DNA of 55,806 nt from a virus (IMGVR_UViG_3300037780_000011:1-55806); one strand, 5' to 3'. Numbered from the stretch's first letter, positions 9,873-19,778 are shown. Notes: a model not told the origin generated them from the sequence alone. Translations and numbers: made by a program.

Positions 9873-10147
9873 CCTGACACCTCGATGTTGTGCTTGCGAC
9901 AAACAGAAACGACATCATCAAAGGACAGCAAAAGCTGCTTCGATAAATCCTCGTATGTCATGTCTGGATTCTTCTTGAGTGCGGTTCTGATGCGTTTAGC
10001 ATAACCCGCCATCTTGAACTTCAACGTAGACCGCTTGTTCCCGTATTCGTCATAAATAGACGAATACCCCGTAGGATATTTGATCGGCCTGTTCTTTGAG
10101 AGCCAATCTGCGATAGCGTCTTGTTCTTGTTGAGTAAGTGTCCCCAT
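9869..10147 (-). CDS. Hypothetical protein, possible C-terminal HTH
   Basis: ORF track; TTGACA lies upstream on the minus strand. Confidence 0.55.
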   Translation of the reverse strand: MGTLTQQEQDAIADWLSKNRPIKYPTGYSSIYDEYGNKRSTLKFKMAGYAKRIRTALKKNPDMTYEDLSKQLLLSFDDVVSVCRKHNIEVSG

Positions 10148-10192
10148 GCGGGTTTATTCGCACGGGGATCAGGTGGTGTCAATGGGGGTAGA

Positions 10193-10366
10193 TTAGTCTA
10201 CCAACTCCTCCAACTGCCAAAGCAAATCCTCGATTGCACTGGCTGCGTCAACGCCTTGCCCATATGGGCTACAGTCTGCACCCAGGTCGTCACTGTATGC
10301 AATATAGTGGTCACAGTTCTGGATCGGCGGCTGGATGAAGGATACGATGATCTTGTGGTCAGTCAT
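10193..10366 (-). CDS. Hypothetical 57-aa protein (MTDHKIIVSF...)
   Basis: Read by hand; GGAG RBS; below the ORF-track cutoff. Confidence 0.5.
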   Translation of the reverse strand: MTDHKIIVSFIQPPIQNCDHYIAYSDDLGADCSPYGQGVDAASAIEDLLWQLEELVD

Positions 10367-10509
10367 TTGCTTTTCTCCATCAGGTCCAGTAGTGCCAGGA
10401 TTTCACCTGCGCTCTGGTAGGTTGTGTTGTCGCCGTTCCGTGTGTCGATGCGGATGTTACTGACAATACGGCGGATGCGTTTCAGGATAAGGTGTTGGTC
10501 AGGGGTCAT
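10363..10509 (-). CDS. Hypothetical 48-aa protein (MTPDQHLILK...)
   Basis: Read by hand; ATGA coupling on both sides. Confidence 0.5.
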   Translation of the reverse strand: MTPDQHLILKRIRRIVSNIRIDTRNGDNTTYQSAGEILALLDLMEKSK

Positions 10510-10811
10510 TCCCACTCTCCTTCGTTCGCGGCAAAATCAGTGCAGATGTCCCACATAGCCGCCTCAATGTCTTTGCCGAATTTTTCCTTAGCTTCGGCGG
10601 TCGTGTAAGAAACCGCGTTAACCTCGTATTTGTCCACAACAATGTCCTCAATTTCATACCATACAGGCGATCCAGGAACGCCGTAGTCGTTGCGGACAGG
10701 GTTGCCGGAACACCACGCGCTGATCTCCAGATACCCGTCCTCGTCATAGAGCGAGGCCAGTGCGGGATGATCTTCAGGCGTTCCCGAGTCAATGGTTACG
10801 ATAGTTTGCAT
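10506..10811 (-). CDS. Acidic hypothetical protein
   Basis: AAGGAG RBS. Confidence 0.65.
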   Translation of the reverse strand: MQTIVTIDSGTPEDHPALASLYDEDGYLEISAWCSGNPVRNDYGVPGSPVWYEIEDIVVDKYEVNAVSYTTAEAKEKFGKDIEAAMWDICTDFAANEGEWE

Positions 10812-10880
10812 AATGATTCTCCTTGATTTTCATTACGACCCATGTTAAGCACACGTCAAAGCAGATGTAAAGGAAAAATT

Positions 10881-11159
10881 ATGGGTATCCATATTTGTGT
10901 CCAAACCGTAGACCACAAAGAACATCCTGATTGGGATTTCTGCCGATTCCATGGCGATAGGCAGCTTCCAGATGTCGTAGAAGAAGTAGGTCAGGAAAGG
11001 AACCATATTGAAGAATTTGATTACTTGTATAGGCCATCCTGTCCTCAAAAGTTCTATGAGAGGATGGTAGAAGTTACCGATGGCGCAAACGAAGAACGAT
11101 GGCGGCAGCTACGTGACATCCTAGAAGACGAAAAGTGGTGGCTACGCTACTCATATTGA
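10881..11159 (+). CDS. Hypothetical protein
   Basis: AAGGA RBS before the ATG at 10881. Confidence 0.6.
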   Translation: MGIHICVQTVDHKEHPDWDFCRFHGDRQLPDVVEEVGQERNHIEEFDYLYRPSCPQKFYERMVEVTDGANEERWRQLRDILEDEKWWLRYSY

Positions 11160-11171
11160 AGGATTTTTTTC

Positions 11172-11705
11172 ATGACCCCCGACATCCTCCTCTGGAAATC
11201 AGGCTGCGTGAAACGCTGGCATTGCAACATCGACCATAACCTGCGGGAAAGTGGCGATGACACGGCGTCCCACCAGTGGCGGGTGGCCATGCTGTTGCAG
11301 ATGTTGCATCCTTTGCCGTCCGCTCATCTGTTGGCCTGTGCGCTCACACATGACGTGCCGGAAGTCATCACGGGAGACATGCCAGCGCCCGCAAAGGCAG
11401 GTATGATGGGTGAAGTCATCGAAGCAGCAGAGAGCGAAGTTGCCGCCCATTGGGGTCTTCCCGTGCCGTCTGCAAAGGACAAGCAATGGGTCAAACTGTG
11501 CGACATGCTGGACGCTGTTCTGTGGGTCAAGTCGCGTGCGCCGTATCTGCTTATGGGTGGTGAGTGGGCCAGTAACGTGGATCAAATCCTGATCCTGGCA
11601 AAGGCGCTGGATGTCTATGAGAAGGTCAACGCCCTTTTGAACGGTTCCACAGGGTCAGGGCGCGCGCCTCAACATGGGGGCGTATCTTCGCAGGCAGTTT
11701 CTTGA
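11172..11705 (+). CDS. HD-domain nucleotide phosphohydrolase (YfbR/DatZ-like)
   Basis: RWH...SHQWRVAML...ALTHDVPEVITGDMPAPAK...KLCDMLD pattern. Confidence 0.8.
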   Translation: MTPDILLWKSGCVKRWHCNIDHNLRESGDDTASHQWRVAMLLQMLHPLPSAHLLACALTHDVPEVITGDMPAPAKAGMMGEVIEAAESEVAAHWGLPVPSAKDKQWVKLCDMLDAVLWVKSRAPYLLMGGEWASNVDQILILAKALDVYEKVNALLNGSTGSGRAPQHGGVSSQAVS

Positions 11706-11865
11706 GGGCTTCCTGTCGCGCCTTTTTCGTGGGCTTTCGCAAGACAGCCTCAGCACCCTGATGGATGAAAAATGACGCCCATGATTGTATGGATTCGTCC
11801 TCGTTCTCAAGTGGAACGCGGCCCATCAAAACGTCCTCTAGTCTTTGGCTTGGCTTTTTAGCCAT
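11626..11865 (-). CDS. Hypothetical protein
   Basis: Overlaps the 3' end of the VRR-NUC gene; overlaps the HD gene convergently. Confidence 0.55.
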   Translation of the reverse strand: MAKKPSQRLEDVLMGRVPLENEDESIQSWASFFIHQGAEAVLRKPTKKARQEALKKLPAKIRPHVEARALTLWNRSKGR

Positions 11866-12248
11866 TCCTCAAACGCCCCCATCGCTGCATCCGCGCCAAG
11901 AGCCACACAAACAAAAGCACCGGCTTTCTGCGCCGTCTCAAGGTATTCCAACTGCCCATCCTGCCACTTCGATTTCGTGTGATTCCGGCGTTTCAATTCA
12001 CATACGAAAGCAGGGCATCCAGGGATGATGATGTCGGACGCCCCTTCCGTCATGCCCTCTGATTTCTCACGCGATACTTGCTTGTAGTGTCGTTTTCCCT
12101 CGTTGCGCGGGTGCAGGGCAATACGGCCCCACAATGGCACCTTCCTGACCCTGTTGAAGAAGGTAATCTGCTCTACGGACTCAGACGGACAGTCTCCACG
12201 GAAACTGGTATCGCCGTAGATCGGAACGGGGCAGTCAGTCAGGCGCAC
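11838..12248 (-). CDS. VRR-NUC family nuclease
   Basis: HPRNEG...EGMTEGASDII...FVCELKR...QLEYL motif. Confidence 0.8.
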   Translation of the reverse strand: MRLTDCPVPIYGDTSFRGDCPSESVEQITFFNRVRKVPLWGRIALHPRNEGKRHYKQVSREKSEGMTEGASDIIIPGCPAFVCELKRRNHTKSKWQDGQLEYLETAQKAGAFVCVALGADAAMGAFEEWLKSQAKD

Positions 12249-14028
12249 GATCCGCCTCCTTGTTATATGCGATGACCCTGTAGAACTTCGTGTTAGGGTC
12301 TTTCTGGTATGTCACGGTCTTCGGCATGTCCTGCATGTTTTGCGTTGCAAACACAAGACTCTCCTTGTCGCGTAAGGCGCGCTCGTTCGTCGGGCGCTTC
12401 ATCACCCAAGTCGAGAAAGACCTGTATGGTGTCGTCCAGTCGATACGCCACGTTTCGTTGCCGGACCTTGAAATGTTGTCCGTAACCTTCCAATTCAGAA
12501 CCTCGTCAGTTTGCACATTGGTAGGGTCTTTCTTTAACGCCTTGAAATCCATACGCAATTTTTCATTCGGGTCAACGATCTCCCCACGGCAGTCATGGCA
12601 ATATCGAGCAGCTATGTCGTTGTCGGCACCGCAATGCGGGCACTCCTTGCAGGTCCATCTTCCAGAACACTGGACATATTGACCGTCAGGCTGACGTGAC
12701 AAACCTTGGCAGCGCCGACCGAAATGGGCAGGCATGAATCCATGATCCGTCTGGATACGCTCGCCATCCAGGTCCACGAAATAGCCGTTCTCGTCAATCT
12801 CAAACCCGTCTTCATTCTGACGCGCCTTGAACTCGTTGACAGTTCCACAGGATTCGCATGTCGCGTTGATCGTGATGACCTCACCACCAACAGGACCGGC
12901 GCGAACCTCCGGGCTGAAGATGTCTCCGTCCGGGCAATGACGGTCAATGTTCTCTGCGTAGTCGAGGATCAGGCAGTCATCCTTGCCGTCTGACAGGCGC
13001 AGCCCTCGACCGATGATCTGTTGCAACAGGCCGACGCTTTCTGTGGCACGAAGCATAGCAATGACATCGACATGAGGTGCATCGAACCCGGTCGTCAAGA
13101 CAGACACGTTCACAACATACTTGATCTCCTGCGCCTTAAACCTGTCGATGATACGCTTGCGCTCACTGGCCTTTGTTTCACCTGTTACCAGAGCAGACAG
13201 ACCCGGTGGCAGGGACGCCATGCACTCCTTGGCATGTTGAACCGTCGCTGCAAAAATCATCACGCCCCTACGGTCGCGCGACTGCGCCACAATGTCTGCT
13301 ATGATCGCGGATGTCTTCCTCCCATGCCCATGATACGCTTGGTCCACTTCCTCCTTGTCGAACTGTCCACGACTGTTCAGGGCCATGTGCAGGGTATTGT
13401 AGCCAGAGGCGTTCAACCGACCCATGACGGGTGGTGTCAGATAGCCCTGTTCGATCAGCATACGTGCGCCGATCTCGTAGACCAACTTGGTGAAATACGG
13501 CTCCTGCGTCTGGTGTTCAGGAACGGGCGTATCATCTGGTCTCAGCTTGTAGATGTAGCCTTCCCGCATCCTGTATGGCGTTGCTGTCATCCCCACGACA
13601 CGCAGGTTCGGGTTTTTCTCCCTGATGCTGTCAATGATCGTCTTGATGGTAGGAGTGAGACCGTGCGCTTCATCCAAGATGACCATTGCGAAATCGGCAC
13701 CGAACCTTTGAATCTTGTTCTTGACGGTGATCGGAGTGCCGAACACAACAGGATGGCGCAAGGAAATACCGCCCGCAGACGCGGAAAATATGGATGCTGG
13801 ATTCCCGGTAGCGATGAACTTCTCGCGGTTCTGCGTTACCAACTCCGCACTCGGAGCCAAGCACAAGACACGTTTTCCGCTTGCTTCATGGACCTGCCGT
13901 GCGATGTCAGCTACCAGTAGACTTTTTCCCGCCCCGGTTGCCGCTTCGATCAGGCACGGCTCAGTCGAGCGCCGCACCCATGACATGATGGCGTCAACGG
14001 CTTCTTGTTGGTAGGGGCGAAGGATCAT
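12235..14028 (-). CDS. Superfamily 2 DNA helicase (RadD/YejH-like, C-terminal Zn fingers)
   Basis: LRPYQ, ATGAGKS, DEAH, TATP, LTTGFDAP, QIIGRGLR and several CxxC pairs. Confidence 0.93.
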   Translation of the reverse strand: MILRPYQQEAVDAIMSWVRRSTEPCLIEAATGAGKSLLVADIARQVHEASGKRVLCLAPSAELVTQNREKFIATGNPASIFSASAGGISLRHPVVFGTPITVKNKIQRFGADFAMVILDEAHGLTPTIKTIIDSIREKNPNLRVVGMTATPYRMREGYIYKLRPDDTPVPEHQTQEPYFTKLVYEIGARMLIEQGYLTPPVMGRLNASGYNTLHMALNSRGQFDKEEVDQAYHGHGRKTSAIIADIVAQSRDRRGVMIFAATVQHAKECMASLPPGLSALVTGETKASERKRIIDRFKAQEIKYVVNVSVLTTGFDAPHVDVIAMLRATESVGLLQQIIGRGLRLSDGKDDCLILDYAENIDRHCPDGDIFSPEVRAGPVGGEVITINATCESCGTVNEFKARQNEDGFEIDENGYFVDLDGERIQTDHGFMPAHFGRRCQGLSRQPDGQYVQCSGRWTCKECPHCGADNDIAARYCHDCRGEIVDPNEKLRMDFKALKKDPTNVQTDEVLNWKVTDNISRSGNETWRIDWTTPYRSFSTWVMKRPTNERALRDKESLVFATQNMQDMPKTVTYQKDPNTKFYRVIAYNKEADRAPD

Positions 14029-14654
14029 CTGGGTCTTTCACCATGCTCAAAACGGGCGGAGCGGGCTGCCTTTATTGATTCACCGTGAACGCCTTTAAAT
14101 TGTCCGCTGGTGAATGGAATTGGTATATCTGAAGGGCAGTCGCCACTGTTACAAAAAAGCCTATCCTCATCAAGCCAGTATAGATGATCTCCGAAATGAT
14201 AATCTATAAGCCTTACTTTTTCATTATCACCTGCAGGGCACAGTCCATCGCCACGCGTGCAGTCACAAAATTCTCTAGAGCATGGGCACACTTCAAAACC
14301 TCTAATATCCGTTGCCCAATACCCAGTGTGTTCTGGTGTTCCAAATAGAAGGAGGCATGGATGTCCGCTCATCTTAGTTAGCTGCCAGCACTTCTTTACG
14401 TCATTTTCATATGCTGCATAATGTGTGTAACCTGTGGCCTCATAGCATCCACTTATTAGTGGTTTAACCTCGCCAAACATTTTTATCTGTGGAAACCAAA
14501 AGTCTGGAAGATACCACCCTTCGTCACCTAAATCATAACCTTCAGGTTCGTATTCCCATTTAAGCATGAGATTATCAAACATCACAGCATAACGAGCCTC
14601 TAACCGACTGCGGAAACGATAACCCTTATAGGATGTCTCGATTGCTTTTATCAT
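14025..14654 (-). CDS. PD-(D/E)xK-type nuclease-like phage protein
   Basis: YRFRSRLEARYA...WEYEPEGY...YLPDF...EVK motif; lower GC than its neighbours. Confidence 0.7.
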   Translation of the reverse strand: MIKAIETSYKGYRFRSRLEARYAVMFDNLMLKWEYEPEGYDLGDEGWYLPDFWFPQIKMFGEVKPLISGCYEATGYTHYAAYENDVKKCWQLTKMSGHPCLLLFGTPEHTGYWATDIRGFEVCPCSREFCDCTRGDGLCPAGDNEKVRLIDYHFGDHLYWLDEDRLFCNSGDCPSDIPIPFTSGQFKGVHGESIKAARSARFEHGERPR

Positions 14655-14778
14655 CTTCGTAGTCCTTCCAATCCCTATACCCGTAGGCCCGTGCGGCGGT
14701 ATCCTCGGCTTCTTCGCGTGTCATTCCTGCGTCGTATTCGAGGATTGCGGCGCGTTCTTGTATCAAGTCAGATTCCAT
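14626..14778 (-). CDS. 50-aa hypothetical protein (ERAAILEYDAG family)
   Basis: Read by hand: MESDLIQERAAILEYDAGMTREEAE... Confidence 0.6.
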   Translation of the reverse strand: MESDLIQERAAILEYDAGMTREEAEDTAARAYGYRDWKDYEDDKSNRDIL

Positions 14779-14995
14779 GTAACGCCTCTCGTATCATGAT
14801 TGCGTTTGCGATCATAACATCTTCATCTTGAGTTGTGATACCAAAGTATCTTTTCTCCGCACCCATTCTTATCATGGTTTCATAGCAGTAGCCTGCCATA
14901 CTATGGCAAGACCAAGGGTCAACATGAGACCAATCATTTCCGAATACCTTTTTGTATTCGGACCTTTTATTGCTATACCATTCTTCTGGTTTCAT
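14768..14995 (-). CDS. Hypothetical protein
   Basis: ATGA coupling to the exonuclease stop. Confidence 0.55.
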   Translation of the reverse strand: MKPEEWYSNKRSEYKKVFGNDWSHVDPWSCHSMAGYCYETMIRMGAEKRYFGITTQDEDVMIANAIMIREALHGI

Positions 14996-15846
14996 TTCAA
15001 AACCCAATACTCCGACTCCTTTCCACGCCATTTCTCAAGGTCTGCGTCTGGTAATAGTTCCTTGATCGCCTTCCCATATGAAATAGACCCTGCGCGTTTT
15101 ACCTTCGTCAATTTCCTGTTTCCTATGTCTGCATTACCTCCATCGGACAATTCAACCAGTTCGTCCAATACTTCCTTTTGGCGTTCCTTCGCCCTGTCGA
15201 TTGCCTCCTGCAATTCATCGTATTCCTGCGCCAAAAAGATCGCCCTATTCGTGTTCAGGGTCTTCCGTTTCGGTTGCAGGTGTTCCGGGTTATCCTTTTC
15301 AATCATAAATTGCTCGTAGAACTCCCTGAAAATCGGCAGGTGCTCGGTGAGCCAGTCGTCGTCTTTCTCAACGATGTCCAGCCTAGTCGCGTGTGGTGCC
15401 CATTGATAGAAATACGCTTTGTTACGCCCAGCGCATAACATCTCGATCTGCATTTGTGCGTGGTAGTGTGGCTGTTCTGCAACAGTCTTGTGTTCACCGC
15501 CATTTCTCAGGCGATACGGGCACTTGATCTCAATGATCGCATCGTCACCAACAAGTCCATCTGGTGATGCGCCAAGCCAATCTTCGTATGGGAAGAATCC
15601 ACATTGCTGAACATCCAGAGATGTCTCTATTGCGAACTCGAACGCCGCTCCGTCCTCGTGGAATTTGCCATATTCCGTCGCCACGTTGCCGGTAAACTCG
15701 GTTTCCACGCCATGCCAGGAACGAACCATCGCGCGCATCACGTCATCCGCGTTACGATACGGGTCCAAACCAAGGACAGCGCCAGCATTACTGCCGGTCA
15801 AGCGCCCTTTGCGCGCTGCGAACCATTCTGGGGAGCGTTGTTGCAC
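14992..15846 (-). CDS. YqaJ / lambda-exonuclease-like recombination nuclease
   Basis: QRSPEWFAARKGRLTGS, LGASPDGL and IEIKCP motifs; GAGGAGG before the GTG at 15846. Confidence 0.92.
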   Translation of the reverse strand: MQQRSPEWFAARKGRLTGSNAGAVLGLDPYRNADDVMRAMVRSWHGVETEFTGNVATEYGKFHEDGAAFEFAIETSLDVQQCGFFPYEDWLGASPDGLVGDDAIIEIKCPYRLRNGGEHKTVAEQPHYHAQMQIEMLCAGRNKAYFYQWAPHATRLDIVEKDDDWLTEHLPIFREFYEQFMIEKDNPEHLQPKRKTLNTNRAIFLAQEYDELQEAIDRAKERQKEVLDELVELSDGGNADIGNRKLTKVKRAGSISYGKAIKELLPDADLEKWRGKESEYWVLK

Positions 15847-15862
15847 GGAACCTCCTCTCAAT

Positions 15863-15940
15863 AAAAAACCCACCCCGGTCCTGACTACTCAGGATATGCG
15901 GGCTGCGGTCGGGGTCGAACCCTTCCGGGGTGGGGTAGGT
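15863..15940 (-). other. Branched stem-loop ending in a U-tract (terminator or small structured RNA)
   Basis: CCCACCCCGG/CCGGGGTGGG outer stem, inner hairpins TCCTGA/TCAGGA and GGGT-TCG-ACCC, T-run on the minus strand. Confidence 0.55.
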
Positions 15941-15950
15941 TAAGCCTCAA

Positions 15951-16505
15951 TCACCACGGGATGTCGTCGTCAAGGCTATTGTTCTGCGCAACCGGCTTTG
16001 GAGCCTCCTGCACGTTACCGCCGCTCTTGGCCGCGACCTGCTGGACCCAGTTTCCAACCATTTTGTTCCCATCTTTTCCCATCATGTCATAGACTCCAAG
16101 ACGGAGAACCATAGGTTTCCCCATGAGAGACGATTGCAGGTCTGTATCGGTCGGCTTGCCACCTTTTGCAAGCAGTTTTCCACCTGCGATGGTGTCGATT
16201 GCTGCAAGCATACGTTTTGCGTTGTCACCCTGTTTCTTGCGCTTTTCCGGGTCTTTCTTTTCCGGGTTGTTACCCAGAACCCAAAGTTTCGGAAAGATTT
16301 TTCGGTTCTTGTATGCTTCCGGCTGAAGGACCGTGAAACGCAGAGAGATATACTCCTCCCCGTTATAACTGTCCCATTTAGCCTCGTCGATGCTTGCTAG
16401 AACCTGAGTCCCATCAGGGATAGGTTCAATACTGCCACCAGCAGACTCGTAGCTGGTGGTCGCCTGGACGGTATCACCGTCAGAAAGTCCCCAGAAATCA
16501 CTCAT
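15951..16505 (-). CDS. Putative single-stranded DNA-binding protein (DUF669-like)
   Basis: Acidic C-terminal tail LDDDIPW; sits between the Sak4-like ATPase and the exonuclease. Confidence 0.75.
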   Translation of the reverse strand: MSDFWGLSDGDTVQATTSYESAGGSIEPIPDGTQVLASIDEAKWDSYNGEEYISLRFTVLQPEAYKNRKIFPKLWVLGNNPEKKDPEKRKKQGDNAKRMLAAIDTIAGGKLLAKGGKPTDTDLQSSLMGKPMVLRLGVYDMMGKDGNKMVGNWVQQVAAKSGGNVQEAPKPVAQNNSLDDDIPW

Positions 16506-16525
16506 GGGTGTTCTCCTCGTGTTGC

Positions 16526-17281
16526 TTAGTCAAAACCCGGAACGATACCCACAAGCGGGTTCACGCCCATAGGCACTTCGATAGGCTCGACAATGCCGAA
16601 CCGGTTTTTCGACACGGAAGCCGCCGTCGCGTAAGCGATCAGTTCCCGCGTGCCGTCCGAGATCGCCTTCTTGCGCTCGCCGTCACCAGTGGTGAAGGTC
16701 TGCAAACGCAGGAAACCCACCAGATCGGAATCATCGACATAGGGAGCCATCGACTTGTTACCCAGCCGCAGTTTGTAGCGTGTGTATGGGTCTTGGTCAG
16801 GCAGTTCAATCACTTCCGTGTCTGCGTGCGCCACGAACACGATATGCATACCGCGCTTCTTATTAAGCACTTCACATGCCTTACGAACACGCTGGTGCAT
16901 AGATGCAACAGCAGCAAGACCAGCGCCGTAACCACCGAGCGCCTGGTTTACAGATTTCGGCTGCTTGGGGTCGCTTGCGATGACATCCTCGATGAACATA
17001 CGTTCAAGAGCGGTCACGGAGTCGATAACGAGGGTCTGGTAGCTGTGCTCCTCGCTGATGAGGCCCTTCAACTGTTCCCAGAGGTTATCTACGCTTTTGA
17101 GGATGGGGAACGCATCGGGTCGGCTTTCGGACGGGATGGACTGCAAACCATCTTCTGCACGAATCACGATGGGGTTTGGGAACTGCGCGGCAAGGCTGGT
17201 CTTGCCCATACCGCTGTCCCCGCAAATCGTAGCGATAATCGCACGATCCTGTGGTTTTGCCACAGTGGAGAGAACTGACAT
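16526..17281 (-). CDS. Sak4-like AAA ATPase / ssDNA annealing protein
   Basis: Walker A GDSGMGKT, Walker B TLVIDS, and C-terminal KNRF. Confidence 0.85.
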   Translation of the reverse strand: MSVLSTVAKPQDRAIIATICGDSGMGKTSLAAQFPNPIVIRAEDGLQSIPSESRPDAFPILKSVDNLWEQLKGLISEEHSYQTLVIDSVTALERMFIEDVIASDPKQPKSVNQALGGYGAGLAAVASMHQRVRKACEVLNKKRGMHIVFVAHADTEVIELPDQDPYTRYKLRLGNKSMAPYVDDSDLVGFLRLQTFTTGDGERKKAISDGTRELIAYATAASVSKNRFGIVEPIEVPMGVNPLVGIVPGFD

Positions 17282-17370
17282 CTTGTCTCCTTTCTATCTT
17301 TCCACGAGGTTGTGTATGCCGACGTAAATCTGTATTGTCAACCTACCCGGCAGCAGGTAAGAGAAAAAAC

Positions 17371-17523
17371 ATGACCACAGAAGAAGCCCTCGCAAAGTTT
17401 GGCGGGTCTAGACGTAGACTTGCTGAAGCCCTCGGTATAAGTGTGCAAGCTGTTGCCCAGTGGGGCGCTCAAGTGCCGCCCCTCCGCGTCTACCAGATCA
17501 AGGAACTCCTGAATGAATCATAA
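17371..17523 (+). CDS. Cro-like HTH transcription regulator
   Basis: FGGSRRRLAEALGISVQAVAQWG...VPPLR; divergent from the recombination operon. Confidence 0.85.
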   Translation: MTTEEALAKFGGSRRRLAEALGISVQAVAQWGAQVPPLRVYQIKELLNES

Positions 17524-19756
17524 CGACTTCCGAGACGCTGGTTACCGGGTATTTGGCCTCCTTGGCGCAACAGACCATGACGGCACACCGTTAGACGAAC
17601 GTCTTGCCTACAAGAAGCCCTACTCCGCAGGATGGCAGCACACTCCTGACTGGTCTGACGAACAATGGGATGTGTTCCACCAGATCGGCGCGTTCGACAC
17701 GGGCTATGGTGTCTTGCTGGACACACTCCTTGTCATCGACATTGACGCCCGTAACGGCGGCGTGGAATCCTATGCACGCCTCTTGGACGCCATACCGGAG
17801 ATTTCCGGTGCGGGCCTTATTGTCGAGACGGGTTCCGGCAACGGCTCCAAGCATATCTACTTCAAAGCCCCCGGCTGCGCTCTCGTGCAGCATCTCAACG
17901 ACTATCCCGGCATTGACTTCAAATCGTCCGGTTATGTTGTGGGGCCAGGATCGGCCCATGCCAGCGGGACGCCCTACAGCATCGCCTACGGCTCCCCTGA
18001 CGACATTGACGACGCTCCCGCCGCGCTGGTCGCGCTTCTGGAGAAACCTGAATACCACCGGCACGAATACAAAGGCACGCCTATCGACGTGTCGCAGGAC
18101 GACATCGCCGTCATGCTCAGGCATGTGGACGGTCAGGACGACTACGATCACTGGGTCGAGATCGGCATGTGTGTCCACCACGCAACAGGTGGTGCAGGGT
18201 TTGATCTTTGGAACGACTGGTCACAGGAGTCCACGAAATACAATGCAGACGAGATGCACAAGAAGTGGCACTCGTTCGGAAAATCAGCCAATCCCAAGAC
18301 CATTGGCACACTGATCTATCATGCTGAACAAGGAGGCTGGGAAGGGCGTTCGGTGACGTTCACACCTACCGTTGATTTTGACGAGCCTGTATCCCTGCCG
18401 ACTGACAACGAGATCGACCTTTTGCGGCCTCCTGGCTTCGTTGGGGAACTCGCACAGTGGATTGAATCCCAGTCCCGCCGCCCCCGGGAACGCCTCGCTG
18501 TTGCTGCTGCGCTCACCGCAATGGGGAACGTCGCTGGCCTGCGGTATTATGACGAGCGGGACAACGTCACGTCCAACCTGTTCACCTTCTGCGTTGCCGG
18601 GTCCGGCACTGGCAAGGAAGCCATCCAGCAGGCCATGTCTGAAATCCACACGGTCTCAGGTATTTCTGCCGCCACCCACGGTGCCATCAAGTCCGAACAG
18701 GAGATCATGCGTAACATCGCGCTCCGGCACCAGGCTGCATTTTTCATCGTGGATGAGATCGGCATCTTCCTCCAGAAGATCAAGAACGCGCAGACCCGTG
18801 GTGGCGCGGCCTATCTTGAAGGCGTCATCGGTATCCTGATGTCTGCCTATTCCAAGGCGAACGGGCGTATGCTTATCACGGGGGACTTGAAAGACGACAT
18901 CCGCGCCGAGATCGGCAAAAAGATCGCACAGATCAACCGCAAGAAGGACGAGGGCGAGAAGGTAGACGAATCCATCCTCGCATCTCTTGTCGCCAAGATA
19001 GACGCGCTTGATGAGGGTCTTGTCAGGCCATTTGTATCTGCCATCGGGTTCACAACACCTGTGACGTTTGATGGCTTGGTGGATTTCGAGACGGCAACCA
19101 ACGGGTTCATCGGGCGCTCCCTGATCTTCGAGGAGAAAGAAACCGCCCCCCGCACGAAACGCCGCTTCCGCAAAACCGCCATGCCTTCGTCCATCGCAGA
19201 CCGCCTCAGGGCTATCTACCAAGCCGGTGAGTTCTCGCATGGGTCCGGGGTCGTGGAACTGCCCCAACGCCGCCCTGTGCCCACAGACAGCGCCGCTGAC
19301 GATCTTTTGGATGAGGTGGTCGCGTGGTTTGAAGACCAAGCTATCGAGCAGAAGGCCAAGACAGGCTTGGAATCCCTCTACCTGCGCGCCTACGAGCTTG
19401 TCGCCAAGGTGTCATTCATCCTCGCCATCCCTGAAGGTATTCGCACGGAAGAACACGTCCGCTGGGCCTTCGCACTGGTGAAGCGGGACATCGAATCCAA
19501 GATGCACCTTGTGATGTCCAACACGTCCGACAAGAGCAAATCCCGCATGGCGCTGAACTCTGCCATTGCACACGCCATCGGCGACGAGGGTTTGACCATC
19601 GGGGTGTTGCGGAACAAGCTGTCCCGCAAGTGGAAGAAGGAAGACGTGGAAGCCGCCGTCAAAGACCTCGTGGCGAACGGCCTGGTCACCCAGACCATCG
19701 TCCCCTTCGGGAAAGGTGGCGGTAGAACCACGGAATACCTCGTGTTGGCTTCTTGA
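17513..19756 (+). CDS. Bifunctional primase-polymerase with PriCT-2 and C-terminal P-loop helicase-like (DUF3987-like) domains
   Basis: LVIDIDARNGG, ETGSGNGSKHIYF, YVVGPGSAH; YDHWVEIGM...WNDWSQ...KWHSF; AGSGTGKE and DEIG. Confidence 0.88.
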   Translation: MNHNDFRDAGYRVFGLLGATDHDGTPLDERLAYKKPYSAGWQHTPDWSDEQWDVFHQIGAFDTGYGVLLDTLLVIDIDARNGGVESYARLLDAIPEISGAGLIVETGSGNGSKHIYFKAPGCALVQHLNDYPGIDFKSSGYVVGPGSAHASGTPYSIAYGSPDDIDDAPAALVALLEKPEYHRHEYKGTPIDVSQDDIAVMLRHVDGQDDYDHWVEIGMCVHHATGGAGFDLWNDWSQESTKYNADEMHKKWHSFGKSANPKTIGTLIYHAEQGGWEGRSVTFTPTVDFDEPVSLPTDNEIDLLRPPGFVGELAQWIESQSRRPRERLAVAAALTAMGNVAGLRYYDERDNVTSNLFTFCVAGSGTGKEAIQQAMSEIHTVSGISAATHGAIKSEQEIMRNIALRHQAAFFIVDEIGIFLQKIKNAQTRGGAAYLEGVIGILMSAYSKANGRMLITGDLKDDIRAEIGKKIAQINRKKDEGEKVDESILASLVAKIDALDEGLVRPFVSAIGFTTPVTFDGLVDFETATNGFIGRSLIFEEKETAPRTKRRFRKTAMPSSIADRLRAIYQAGEFSHGSGVVELPQRRPVPTDSAADDLLDEVVAWFEDQAIEQKAKTGLESLYLRAYELVAKVSFILAIPEGIRTEEHVRWAFALVKRDIESKMHLVMSNTSDKSKSRMALNSAIAHAIGDEGLTIGVLRNKLSRKWKKEDVEAAVKDLVANGLVTQTIVPFGKGGGRTTEYLVLAS

Positions 19757-19778
19757 CCAACCTCCATAGGCTACAAGG

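Noticed and set aside
11172-11705. 2-aminoadenine (Z-genome) pathway suggested by the DatZ-like HD enzyme plus a MazG-like gene
   Set aside because: No PurZ/PurA-like gene and no DNA polymerase were recognised, and the two genes are 26 kb apart.
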